DNA of 64,000 nucleotides from the IMG/VR virus record IMGVR_UViG_3300047378_000694, positions 96,001 through 160,000 of that record, one strand, 5' to 3'. This document shows positions 50,697-60,385 of the stretch, piece by piece. Every line of letters starts with the position of its first letter. Position 1 is the first letter of the stretch. The DNA is from a virus. Under the pieces are notes generated by a model. The model made no database searches and was not told the DNA's origin. It saw only the letters and a list, made by a program, of their open reading frames with translations. A program made the translations under genes and the position numbers.

Positions 50697-51491
50697 CTAT
50701 AAAGCTGAGTCTGTTTTAAAGACGTTTGTGTTTTGTGGCTGGGGAGGTTGGTTATTTTGAACTTCAACTAGAGGTAAATCAAAACCTGCAGGAATGTCCC
50801 AGTTTCTACGAATTTGATTTACATAAAGTCCTGATTGCCCAGCAGGGCGAAAAATAGCAAAGTTACTTAATTTGTAATTATTTGCCTGATTGCCACCAAA
50901 TACTTTTATTTTGTTGTTTGCAGGATCTATACTGTGTACAAAACAGATATGCCCTTTACTAGAGTTTTCTCTACGTGTCATTACACACAAATCGTATTTT
51001 CTAATTTTTGTAAAATCTCGCCAGTCAATAGATCTGCCATAACGCAAATAAGATTGACTACCTACTCCTGGAACATTGTGCTCTTGTCCTGCTTTCCAAA
51101 GTACCCAGGTAGCAAATCCGCCGCACCAAGGATAATTGTTTCCGTCGTTTGGCATTGTTCCTCCTCCAGCAACTCCCCATGCTTCTGCAATCAATGGATT
51201 TGGAGGGGTTCCTTTTTCTGTCCAATCTAATTGCAAATTATCTTCTAACACAGCCTGAATACTTGCATATGCTGTTCCTGCAGGTGCTGGATTTGCAGGA
51301 GGTTGTACTGGAGTTACTGCGCCGCCTACACTTGGATTAAAATCGCCGACACCAGATAAATCGTCAGGAGCACCTGGTTGAAACCCAGGTGTACTTGTAC
51401 TAGCTGGTAAAAAATATCTATCTATTTCTGTTGGCTCTAACGCTCTTGCCGGTGATCCTACTTCGCTTGCTGGAATTACTATTTGACACAT
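50697..51491 (-). CDS. CHAP/NlpC-P60-like peptidoglycan amidase (TIGR02594-like) with Pro-rich N-terminus
   Basis: PWCGGFATWVL, SQSYLRYG, GHICFV, GGNQ. Confidence 0.78.
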   Translation of the reverse strand: MCQIVIPASEVGSPARALEPTEIDRYFLPASTSTPGFQPGAPDDLSGVGDFNPSVGGAVTPVQPPANPAPAGTAYASIQAVLEDNLQLDWTEKGTPPNPLIAEAWGVAGGGTMPNDGNNYPWCGGFATWVLWKAGQEHNVPGVGSQSYLRYGRSIDWRDFTKIRKYDLCVMTRRENSSKGHICFVHSIDPANNKIKVFGGNQANNYKLSNFAIFRPAGQSGLYVNQIRRNWDIPAGFDLPLVEVQNNQPPQPQNTNVFKTDSAL

Positions 51492-54472
51492 TATGCTGTA
51501 AACCTTCCGTTATTTGATACTGTTGCACGACCAAGGGCAACATACTCGTCTATTTTTGTTCCGTACCCGTCTGTGCCAACAGAATTTCCTTGTCTCCATT
51601 TTCTAGCATCATTTGGACCTTTTAGATGAGCTCCCATTAGTATTCCTGCAACTAAAGAAACACTGTCGCCATCTTTAATAGCACCGTTACTTTTGCAATA
51701 TCTTAGATTTGCATTTGTATAAAGTATCATGGCTTTTTCTTGACAATCGTTTTTGTTTGCAAGCCAATCTTCAACATTATTAATTCCGTCTTTACCAGTG
51801 TAATTATTTGGATTCAATCTAAGTCCGGTGCCTCCGCCTCTTGCTGACATTTTTATGTAGCCGCCTTCTTTTAGAGCATATCCACCAAACTGATATTTGC
51901 CTGCAAAGCCAATACTATTTGTACAATTATATTTTAATCCACTTTCTCTAAATCCTAATGCATTTAAATAGGCAACTGTTTCAGCTTCGTTGAGTCCGTT
52001 GATTGCACCTGCTGGAGCAGCACTTAGTGGTCCATCACTTGGTCCACTACATCCGTAAGAGCCACCTTCTGTGCCTGCTGCTGGATAATCCTGCTGCAAA
52101 GATGCGTTAGCTACATCTGCTGATTGTTCTGAAATATCTTGAGTGCTAGATGCGCTGTTAGCTGTAGCACCACTTAACCCTGCTACTGTTTGAGCAACTG
52201 TATCGCCGTAGTAAACTGCTGTGCTACGATATTTGTCTGCAATTTCTTGTGCTGCGTCTGGATCGATTATTAATGGATCTTCTTGAGTATATTTTGGATT
52301 TTCTACAATAGCACCAAGTTCTGTACCTGTAGCGTTTATAGCATTTCCAAGTATACGCAAATCGTTTTCTAACGGATGCCCAAATGCTGGATTAATATTT
52401 GGAGCGATAACAACTACACGATAACCAGCAGCAGATAGGTTAGCATAACCTTCTCTAAGATTTTGTTTGGCTTTTTCAACATCTCCAATATCGCCTACGC
52501 CAACTTGTATAATTGCATACTGTCCTGATGTTGAGTTTGGAAATGCAGCCGGATCACTTGCTACACCAGCATTTGTATCAGCTTCTGCTGATGAACTAAC
52601 TGCTGGAGTTTGAGATCCTGTACCTACAGCGGCATATGTATCTGGTAGTACATTCTGCAAGAATGAATTAGTTTGTTGTTGACCGGCTCTTGTTCTATCT
52701 GGAGTGTATGCTGCTGGATTAATATTTTCATGTTGCGGCCACGGCTCGTGTTCTGGAATTCTTGCTGCAAGATTTGCTCTTACTGGTGGCACTGGAATAA
52801 ACGGATTTGGTGCAGGAGGTAAGGTTGCTGGGCGAGACTCTATCGATACACCAGCTGTTGCTGCTGGACTTCCAGGTGAGTTTAAATGTATTTGCGCATC
52901 TGAAGATAATTGTATGTTACCTTCAGCTTTTACACTTAGTACACCTTTTGCTTGTACATTGACTGTGTTTGCTATACTCGATATATCCATTGATTCTTGC
53001 GCAGTTACTTTAACTGCGGCAGCAGTACTATATAATTCTAGTGTATTTGCGGCTGTAATATATGTTTGTAATCCACTGCTAGAATGAGATTGTCCGTCAA
53101 CTTGATTATAACTATTACCAAGTGCTTTCATATGATAATCGCCGTCGGTTGAAACTTTTACAAAACTACAACCTTCAATACCAACACTTTCGGCACTACC
53201 TAGTGCTAAATGCTGCTGACTTACTACATCTAGAGATCCTTTACTTGTAACTGTAACTTTTGAATTACCATAAACTGCAACACCATCTTGTCCTGTTAAA
53301 CTTACATTAGCTCCAGCATTTAATGATATTTCGTTTTGTGCCGATACACCATAACTACCACCTACATCAATTGCAAGGTCTTTGCCCGAACTAATATTCA
53401 TATTTTCCATTGCTGTTAGATTTATATCTCTATCTGCGGTGAAGTTGATATCATTTTCACTGTGTACACTAACACTATCTTGCGCATACACATCAATTTT
53501 ACCATTGCTGGACATTTCTATCCAGCTAGAGCCTTTGCTGTTACTGATATAAATTAAATCTTCGGTGTTATGCAAAAGTATTTGATGTCCGGTGCGTGTT
53601 CTAATTCTAAACAATTCGTTTGCTGGTCTAGTAACATCTCCAGTATCAGTTGTCTTTTCAATGTCTGCATATTCGAATGGCGTTGACTCAGGGTGACCTT
53701 TTCTTAAAAATTTATCATCGCCGTCATCCATTACAATACTTGATCCGCCAAGTCTTGCTTTATAAAATTCTGTTTCGTTTTCACCGTGTTGATACAATGG
53801 AGCATTAGTACGTTTATCAAACGGACCAGGCGTATTCATTCCAAATACTGTACTCGGAAGTTCTCTTCTTGCGCCACTAGTGGTTAGTCCTCTAACATCG
53901 TCGGTTATTAATCCTGCACGATTTAATCTTTCAACAAAATCTGTGTTTACAGGCTTTAAGAATTTTGTTGGTTGTGTTTCGCCATCAGGTGATGTAATGG
54001 CTTTGTTGTATTCACCTACTGGTAATTTTTGTCCTAGATCATTTAGATAAGTTGAAGTACGCCCGTCTGGAACTGTAAAGTTTGTAAATGCATCAGGAAC
54101 GCATGCCATCCAAAAACCAAAGTCTTTTCTGCCTTCAACAACTAACACAATTACCTTTGTTCCAATGTCCGGAGGTACTGCCCAGAATCCATAACTCTGT
54201 TGTGAACTAGCAAATGTATTATCCGATCCTGTTTGATGCAACGGAGTTTGTCCAGCAAAAGGACTTGCATATTGGCACTGTAAACTTTGTCCTATTTCAT
54301 CCCAATCACTGCCATTTGCGTTTGCTGTTAGCAACGAAACATTTAGTCCGCCCATAAATGTTTGATCAAGATGACCAATTACACGCCCAATGTAAATACC
54401 CGGATCAGCTGGACGTGCGGCGTTGTCACTTTTTCTTGTAAATTCACTGCGTATGTTTTGCGGTTCGGGCAT
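51491..54472 (-). CDS. Baseplate central spike (gp5/VgrG-like) with C-terminal lysozyme-like domain
   Basis: OB-fold motif YGFWAVPPDIGTKVIV; RTRTGHQILL; GSSWIEM..NG; ~8-residue beta-helix repeats ending IHLN; C-terminal LGFRES..Y...N..G..GKYQF. Confidence 0.8.
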   Translation of the reverse strand: MPEPQNIRSEFTRKSDNAARPADPGIYIGRVIGHLDQTFMGGLNVSLLTANANGSDWDEIGQSLQCQYASPFAGQTPLHQTGSDNTFASSQQSYGFWAVPPDIGTKVIVLVVEGRKDFGFWMACVPDAFTNFTVPDGRTSTYLNDLGQKLPVGEYNKAITSPDGETQPTKFLKPVNTDFVERLNRAGLITDDVRGLTTSGARRELPSTVFGMNTPGPFDKRTNAPLYQHGENETEFYKARLGGSSIVMDDGDDKFLRKGHPESTPFEYADIEKTTDTGDVTRPANELFRIRTRTGHQILLHNTEDLIYISNSKGSSWIEMSSNGKIDVYAQDSVSVHSENDINFTADRDINLTAMENMNISSGKDLAIDVGGSYGVSAQNEISLNAGANVSLTGQDGVAVYGNSKVTVTSKGSLDVVSQQHLALGSAESVGIEGCSFVKVSTDGDYHMKALGNSYNQVDGQSHSSSGLQTYITAANTLELYSTAAAVKVTAQESMDISSIANTVNVQAKGVLSVKAEGNIQLSSDAQIHLNSPGSPAATAGVSIESRPATLPPAPNPFIPVPPVRANLAARIPEHEPWPQHENINPAAYTPDRTRAGQQQTNSFLQNVLPDTYAAVGTGSQTPAVSSSAEADTNAGVASDPAAFPNSTSGQYAIIQVGVGDIGDVEKAKQNLREGYANLSAAGYRVVVIAPNINPAFGHPLENDLRILGNAINATGTELGAIVENPKYTQEDPLIIDPDAAQEIADKYRSTAVYYGDTVAQTVAGLSGATANSASSTQDISEQSADVANASLQQDYPAAGTEGGSYGCSGPSDGPLSAAPAGAINGLNEAETVAYLNALGFRESGLKYNCTNSIGFAGKYQFGGYALKEGGYIKMSARGGGTGLRLNPNNYTGKDGINNVEDWLANKNDCQEKAMILYTNANLRYCKSNGAIKDGDSVSLVAGILMGAHLKGPNDARKWRQGNSVGTDGYGTKIDEYVALGRATVSNNGRFTA

Positions 54473-54474
54473 AT

Positions 54475-57216
54475 TTAAAATCCTAAGTTTCTTGTTATTC
54501 GACTTACTTCTGTATTAAATTGATTAGCAGCAGTATTAATAGTGTTGCTGGCTTCATTAATATATCCAGGAATTTTTCCTGCACTTACACTACCAAGTAA
54601 CTCTTGTTGTGCTGCTGCTAATGATGTATTTAATCCTTGCGAAAGTTGCTGTTGAGCTTGCTGAAGTGCGCTGCCTGATAGCCCTGAAAGCGATCCAAGT
54701 AATTGATTTGTTGCTGGATTGGTGCCAAGATTTTGAAATATTCCAGGTACTTGAGAAGTAATGGCGCCAATTGTAGTATTTAAGTTTGCTGCAATTGCAT
54801 TGACTTGACTAAAAGCGCTGAAAACATTTTCAGCAAGGTTAGCTACTTCAGTTCCCGATAATATATTTTCAAAATTATTTAAGCCGTTTTGAGTAAAGCC
54901 AGTTAGTAATTGCTGCTGTGCTTGCTGTAACATATCTTGAGTTTGGTTACTAGCAGCAGATATTTGATTGTTAAGTTTTTGCATAACAAGATTTGGATTG
55001 CCAAGTTTAGTAGCTTGGACAACTGAAGTTGCTGCATTAACATCGTCGAGTGATTGATTTGGCATTCTCAATAGATTTAGTTGTTGTGTAAACATTCCAT
55101 TTGAAAATTCATTTTTAAATGTCGTAACTTTGTACAATCCACTAAATGCACTAGCAGGATCAAGTGCTGTTAAATTACCAAAAAAGTCAACTGCTGTTTT
55201 AAAACTTATTAGTACATAAATTTCGCCTCTTGTAAAATCTAATTGTCCTTTGGTTGTGTACCCTGTTGCAGATGGATTAGGATGGTTATTTCCGATATCA
55301 ACTTCAGTAAAATAAAAAGGATCTCCCCAAATTCTTAAATCTAGTGTAACATTATCAGTATCACTGTTTAATACCATTTTATTAAAATGATTTGCAATAC
55401 GTACCTTTGCTGAGTCGTCGCTGCTGCCTCCTTCGGGTGCAGTAGTTCCGCTGCCTATTGCAACATTAGCTGATGCAATGGCGCCTGTTCCTTGAGGATT
55501 AGGTCCTGCGCCAACTGACGGAATTCTTTGTGCAACTTCTTCAGTAACTACTGGATTTCCAGAATTATGCTGTGTATCTTGGCCACCTTGGCTACCAATA
55601 CGTGACATTTCTTTATAAAATGCATTATTAATGCTAAAATTAAAATCAATAATGTCAGTGTTTAATCCAGTATAGGTGTAATTGTAGTGCTTGACTGCAT
55701 CTTTAATTTGTGGAGAATAACTCTGTGAACTTGATTGGTTAGACAAGCGACTAATGTGAATTTCATAAGGCGTAACAATATATTCAAATCGTGTTGCAGG
55801 CATACCTGTTTTTGCAATCATGCCAGTATCAATAATAGTGGTTTTTGAATGTATTTTAAACCATGTAATAGTATTTCCTCTAGCTCTTTGTAAAAATTCT
55901 GCTTTTGATTTCCCCCATTCACTACCAAGCAGCACACTTTCAATAATTTTTTCAATTTTTTGTCCTGTGCCAAACTGAAATTCTCTTTGATCTTGATCGT
56001 ATGTCATTCCGGCTCTAGTTACAATTCGTGTTCCGTCATCTTTAACAGTTACAGTAGTGTTATCAAATGCTTTAAAAGGAATAGTTCCATAATCAAAAGC
56101 TGATGAAGTAATAAGAGACTGTCCCATTTCATTATCGTTGGTGTTAATAACTGTGTTAGCAGGACTACTTGTTAGATTAGTTATAGCAGACGCTCTATTA
56201 CTAATTGCATTATTAATTTGATTATTAATTGCTACGTCTTCTAAGGCAGTGTCTAACCCAAGTGTAGATTCTAATGCTGAAATTCTATTTTGATAAGTTT
56301 GATTAATTAAGTTTCTATCTGAAGCTATATTATCTTCAATAGTGTTAACTCTATCTCTAAGAGATTGTTCAAATGAGTTAGTTTGCGAACCAGCCCATAT
56401 GCCGCCGCCACCTATGCTTTGATCAAAAGCAGCTATTTCATAATCTGATGACAAGTTTGAAACTCCAGCTGCGCCTCTTGGTTGACTTCTTATAGAAATA
56501 TCTTTTGGAAAATTAATTTCGTATTGATGAGGAACATAATTTGAATCAGCTTCTGCCATGTCAGTTTGTATTTTATTTAGATAGGCTTCTAAACTATTTT
56601 CGCCCCAACTTAGTACTTCACTTACACTTGCTCCTTGTAGTTTAGTTTCAGTTGGTATTTTTTCAACTTGATCAAAAAATGCTTGGTGGTTCCAAGGAAT
56701 TGCTGTAACATGATATGTTGATCCAGCGGCTGTAACATCAAAAGTTACGTTAACTAGACTTAATACTAGGTTAGTACTTGGTAATACTTGTGGATTGTTG
56801 TTGTCATCAAATCCTTTAAAAGTTCCTTGTAGTAAGAAAGGAGCATTAAGATAACTTACTCCTGTTCCAAGTGCTTGTTCAGCAGCAATACTCAGTGACT
56901 GGAAAAACAATCCGACACTTTGCGGTTCAGTAACTGTAAATTCTATTTGAATAGCATTACTAAAGCTAGTGCCTGGATTAGGAGCAACTAGATATTCACT
57001 GATAACATTATCAATAAAAAATTCGACATTAGTTTTGGTTGCATCTTCAATTAAAGTTGTAACTGGTTTATCTGGAAAGCCTCCAGATTTAATAATTGGA
57101 ACTGCTGGACCGTTTTCGTAAGATTCAGGATAAGGCACTTGTTGAGGGCTTAATACTCCAAATACCCAATTGTAATTGTAAGTGGCAAGATTATTTAGAG
57201 TATTCTCTAATGTCAT
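54475..57216 (-). CDS. Putative baseplate hub protein (gp27/late-control-D-like position) with low-complexity Q/N/A-rich tail
   Basis: Lies between gp53-like and gp5-like genes; LRIWGDPFY and FSGLYKVT...F..G.FTQQL hub-type motifs. Confidence 0.55.
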   Translation of the reverse strand: MTLENTLNNLATYNYNWVFGVLSPQQVPYPESYENGPAVPIIKSGGFPDKPVTTLIEDATKTNVEFFIDNVISEYLVAPNPGTSFSNAIQIEFTVTEPQSVGLFFQSLSIAAEQALGTGVSYLNAPFLLQGTFKGFDDNNNPQVLPSTNLVLSLVNVTFDVTAAGSTYHVTAIPWNHQAFFDQVEKIPTETKLQGASVSEVLSWGENSLEAYLNKIQTDMAEADSNYVPHQYEINFPKDISIRSQPRGAAGVSNLSSDYEIAAFDQSIGGGGIWAGSQTNSFEQSLRDRVNTIEDNIASDRNLINQTYQNRISALESTLGLDTALEDVAINNQINNAISNRASAITNLTSSPANTVINTNDNEMGQSLITSSAFDYGTIPFKAFDNTTVTVKDDGTRIVTRAGMTYDQDQREFQFGTGQKIEKIIESVLLGSEWGKSKAEFLQRARGNTITWFKIHSKTTIIDTGMIAKTGMPATRFEYIVTPYEIHISRLSNQSSSQSYSPQIKDAVKHYNYTYTGLNTDIIDFNFSINNAFYKEMSRIGSQGGQDTQHNSGNPVVTEEVAQRIPSVGAGPNPQGTGAIASANVAIGSGTTAPEGGSSDDSAKVRIANHFNKMVLNSDTDNVTLDLRIWGDPFYFTEVDIGNNHPNPSATGYTTKGQLDFTRGEIYVLISFKTAVDFFGNLTALDPASAFSGLYKVTTFKNEFSNGMFTQQLNLLRMPNQSLDDVNAATSVVQATKLGNPNLVMQKLNNQISAASNQTQDMLQQAQQQLLTGFTQNGLNNFENILSGTEVANLAENVFSAFSQVNAIAANLNTTIGAITSQVPGIFQNLGTNPATNQLLGSLSGLSGSALQQAQQQLSQGLNTSLAAAQQELLGSVSAGKIPGYINEASNTINTAANQFNTEVSRITRNLGF

Positions 57217-57516
57217 TTAAGCTCCAAGCACTGTGTCAAGTGTTGTTTTTTGTGGTAAACGAATAGTAGTTCCAGCAACAAAATCAAACACTGGATCTTT
57301 TATAGTATCTATATTTCTTACTGCAAATACCCACCATAATTTGGATGTACCGTATAGATCATACGAAAGCAAATCAGGTCTGTAAGTATATTGAGGTTGA
57401 ATTGTGTATGTAACATCATTGTCAAGTGCAGGAATATCTCTTTTTTGATAGATATCTAAATAATCACTTCTTAGTCTTGTTTCAGCATAAGGACTTGATG
57501 ACGAATATTTAATCAT
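57217..57516 (-). CDS. Baseplate wedge protein, gp53/LysM-like
   Basis: YTI...Y.YRPDLLSYDLYGTSKLWWVFA..N....DP..DF.AG..I.LP. Confidence 0.78.
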   Translation of the reverse strand: MIKYSSSSPYAETRLRSDYLDIYQKRDIPALDNDVTYTIQPQYTYRPDLLSYDLYGTSKLWWVFAVRNIDTIKDPVFDFVAGTTIRLPQKTTLDTVLGA

Positions 57517-58412
57517 TAAATAAACCCTCCTGGTTTTTTGTTGCCAATATATTCACCTTTTATAAACGATTCAAGATTAAAATCTTTTGTTGCTGTTCTG
57601 CTGTATGCTGGCGACACTGTTACGTTTAGTGTACTCAAAGTTGGCACATAACAATAATCACCAGAGGCAACAAGATTAGGATCTCCAAATGAATCAAAAG
57701 AATTTTTGTTAATTGGTACTTGGATATAATCAACTGCATTTGGCAAATCAAGGTTAAACATTTTAACAATTATTGGAGTTTCGTCAAATATAAAATTACC
57801 ATATCCACTTAATGCAACACGAGGAGGTGGATGCCCTTGTAACGGTCCGTCGCCGTAAAACATTTTTGTAATACTGCGTAAAAAATGCACTGCGGCAATC
57901 CAATACTGCCCATCTGATTCATTTTCTACAGGAAATTCTGCACTAATTGTAATATCTTCAATTCTACTTGATTCATAAACATGATAAGGATAGTTTGTAT
58001 GTACAGGCTGCACTGTATCGTAGTTTGCCATGCTGGATAACAATATTTGCGGAGTTGTAGGAAAAACTAAACTTTGATTACTTGTTTGTAATGGAGCAAG
58101 TATTGGAGAATTTACAAAATAATCTGGAGATGCAGGTAAATGTATTCGTACACGCCAATCTTGAGAATTATTATCTGAAGAAGCCGATAATTGTGCTGTT
58201 TGAGCAAAAGATTGTACCGGAGTTGCTCCAAAATTTAAATCGCTTCCTAATCTACCCTGACTAATAAACTGAACAAAGTCAGAAGCATTGCCATTTGTAA
58301 ATACCCGATTGATATTTTGCACTGTATTAACAGCTCTTCCAATTGGAGTACTATTAAAACTGTTTCGTAAACTGTTTGTAACTGCACTTCCAATAACTTT
58401 AAATAAACTCAT
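57516..58412 (-). CDS. Putative baseplate tail-tube initiator/cap (gp48/gp54-like)
   Basis: LVFPTTPQI, HTNY, FLRSITKMFYG, GHPPP..LSGYG...F...P; start moved to ATG 58412 with AGGAG RBS. Confidence 0.55.
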   Translation of the reverse strand: MSLFKVIGSAVTNSLRNSFNSTPIGRAVNTVQNINRVFTNGNASDFVQFISQGRLGSDLNFGATPVQSFAQTAQLSASSDNNSQDWRVRIHLPASPDYFVNSPILAPLQTSNQSLVFPTTPQILLSSMANYDTVQPVHTNYPYHVYESSRIEDITISAEFPVENESDGQYWIAAVHFLRSITKMFYGDGPLQGHPPPRVALSGYGNFIFDETPIIVKMFNLDLPNAVDYIQVPINKNSFDSFGDPNLVASGDYCYVPTLSTLNVTVSPAYSRTATKDFNLESFIKGEYIGNKKPGGFI

Positions 58413-58429
58413 GTGAATCTCCTGCATAG

Positions 58430-58435
58430 TATTTA
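58430..58435 (-). promoter_or_regulatory. Late-promoter motif TAAATA heading the baseplate operon
   Basis: TAAATA-CTAT-GCAGGAG...ATG 58412. Confidence 0.6.
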
Positions 58436-58436
58436 G

Positions 58437-58470
58437 TTGACAAAATTAACTACGTGTATTATAATAAATA
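58437..58470 (+). promoter_or_regulatory. Consensus sigma70 promoter overlapped by a TAAATA late motif, upstream of the sigma-factor gene
   Basis: TTGACA 58437-58442, 17 nt, TATAAT 58460-58465; TAAATA 58465-58470; AGGAG RBS before ATG 58487. Confidence 0.85.
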
Positions 58471-58486
58471 TAACATAGGAGAAAAC

Positions 58487-59317
58487 ATGGCAAGAAGAGT
58501 AAATTATCTTAACAATAAAGATATGTTGGCAGAGATACATAAATCAAAAAATACATTTGCTAGTTACGTTGACCCAACAAATGCAGATTACGATATTATT
58601 CTGCCTAGTGTTGACAAGATTAACATACGCACAATTGCAGAAGCAAAGCGTAATAAAGCAAAAAAACTAACAACTAGAAAATACGAAGCTGAAAAAGCAG
58701 CTGGCAAGAAAGTAAAGCAAGCTGACTGCGAGGTAAGCTATCAAAGTATTACAAAAGAAGAATTAATTTTTCGTGTAATGACGTTTGACCATATACCTGA
58801 AGAACCAGGACGTAAAAAGAATCCAAAAACTGTTGCAGATACAAAAACTAAACTGCCATTTCCGCCATATGTACATTATAAATTTGACAACGATGGAAAT
58901 TTACAACTAGTTGGTAAATCACACTGGGAAGGTGGCATGGAGAACGGACACTTTTCAAAAGAACACGGCAAAGCAACAAATAAACTTGCTATGATGTGGA
59001 TGAAACTTGTTGATCGCTATGCTACAAGAGGTAATGTTCGTGGTTACACCTACAACGACGAAATGAAAGGTCAAGCAATTCTACAACTTGCACAGATTGG
59101 CTTGCAATTTGACGAATCAAAGAGTCAAAATCCTTTTGCTTACTACACAGCAGCCGTTACTAATAGCTTTGTGCGTGTTATCAACTTAGAAAAACGTAAT
59201 CAGAACATTAGAGACGATATTCTCGAGATGAACGACTTAAATCCTTCGCATACAAGGACACATTCTGGAGAATGGGAAGCTGCTCTTAAAAGAGAAGCAG
59301 AAGCAGCAAAAAAGTAA
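58487..59317 (+). CDS. gp55: Late-transcription sigma factor, T4 gp55-like
   Basis: NYLNNKDML, RGYTYNDEM, FDESKSQNPFAYYT, F.R.I..EK; adjacent to gp47/gp46 as in T4-like phages. Confidence 0.85.
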   Translation: MARRVNYLNNKDMLAEIHKSKNTFASYVDPTNADYDIILPSVDKINIRTIAEAKRNKAKKLTTRKYEAEKAAGKKVKQADCEVSYQSITKEELIFRVMTFDHIPEEPGRKKNPKTVADTKTKLPFPPYVHYKFDNDGNLQLVGKSHWEGGMENGHFSKEHGKATNKLAMMWMKLVDRYATRGNVRGYTYNDEMKGQAILQLAQIGLQFDESKSQNPFAYYTAAVTNSFVRVINLEKRNQNIRDDILEMNDLNPSHTRTHSGEWEAALKREAEAAKK

Positions 59318-59346
59318 TTGACAACTTAACTAAAATACCATATAAT
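59318..59346 (+). promoter_or_regulatory. Consensus sigma70-type promoter
   Basis: TTGACA 59318-59323, 17 nt, TATAAT 59341-59346, then AGGAG and TTG start 59372. Confidence 0.85.
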
Positions 59347-59371
59347 AGTATTCTATGATAGGAGTATTTCT

Positions 59372-60385
59372 TTGTTTAAAAAAGCTGCGGTCTTTACAGA
59401 CATACACTTTGGATTAAAAGGCAATTCACGTGTTCACAACCAAGATTGTGAGGATTATGTGGATTGGTTTATCCAAACGGCCAAGGAACATGGGTGCGAG
59501 ACTGCCTTGTTTACTGGTGATTGGAACCATAATCGCAATAGTTTAAATTTAACTACTATGGATGCTGGGCTTCGGTGTCTTGAGAAGATAGGTGCAGCAT
59601 TTGATAAGTTTTATATGTTTGCAGGTAACCACGATTTGTATTATAAAGATAAACGTGATGTAAAGTCAACTGAGTTTGCTCGACATATTCCTGGTGTTAC
59701 TGTAATTGAAGACATACTTGTCGAGGATGATGTTGCATTGGTACCGTGGTTAGTAGGCGATGAGTGGAAAAAGATGAAAGACATCCAAGCAAAATACTTG
59801 TTTGGACACTTTGAACTGCCTAGCTTCTATATGAATGCAATGGTACAGATGCCCGATCACGGAGAACTAAAGAGCGAGCATTTTGTAAATCAAGAGTATG
59901 TGTTTAGCGGACACTTCCACAAACGTCAAAAACAAGGTAAGGTGCATTACATTGGTAATGCATTCCCCCATAACTATGCCGATGCATGGGACGACGATCG
60001 CGGTATGATGATACTTGATAAAGAGAATGATGCAGAACCTGAATACATTAATTGGGTCGATTGCCCTAAGTACCGCACTATTAAGCTATCGCAACTGATT
60101 GATGAGAAAGATACACTTCTCAAAAGCAGAATGTACCTAAGAGTTACACTTGATTTACCTGTAAGCTACGAAGAAGCAAGTTTTATCAAAGAAACATTTA
60201 TAAACGATTACGATTGTAGAGAGATTACACTAATTCCTCACAAACAACTTGAAGAAATTAACACCGAACTTGATATTGCACAGTTTGAAAGTGTAGATCA
60301 AATTGTTTCAAACGAAATACTAGCAATTGACAGTGATAACTTTGACAAAGCAATGCTACTAGATATCTATAACGGATTAGAATGA
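59372..60385 (+). CDS. gp47: Recombination nuclease subunit, Mre11/SbcD-like (T4 gp47)
   Basis: DIHFG, GDW, GNHD, GHFE, SGHFH metallophosphoesterase motifs. Confidence 0.93.
   Translation: MFKKAAVFTDIHFGLKGNSRVHNQDCEDYVDWFIQTAKEHGCETALFTGDWNHNRNSLNLTTMDAGLRCLEKIGAAFDKFYMFAGNHDLYYKDKRDVKSTEFARHIPGVTVIEDILVEDDVALVPWLVGDEWKKMKDIQAKYLFGHFELPSFYMNAMVQMPDHGELKSEHFVNQEYVFSGHFHKRQKQGKVHYIGNAFPHNYADAWDDDRGMMILDKENDAEPEYINWVDCPKYRTIKLSQLIDEKDTLLKSRMYLRVTLDLPVSYEEASFIKETFINDYDCREITLIPHKQLEEINTELDIAQFESVDQIVSNEILAIDSDNFDKAMLLDIYNGLE

Noticed and set aside
54472-54477. TAAATA at the hub/spike junction as a late promoter
   Set aside because: It is just TAA-AT-ATG (stop plus start); the N4 spacing would put +1 inside the coding sequence
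46697-58412. T6SS or extracellular contractile injection system
   Set aside because: gp25-, gp6- and VgrG-like genes sit next to gp55/gp47/gp46 and T4-like late promoters, indicating a lytic myophage
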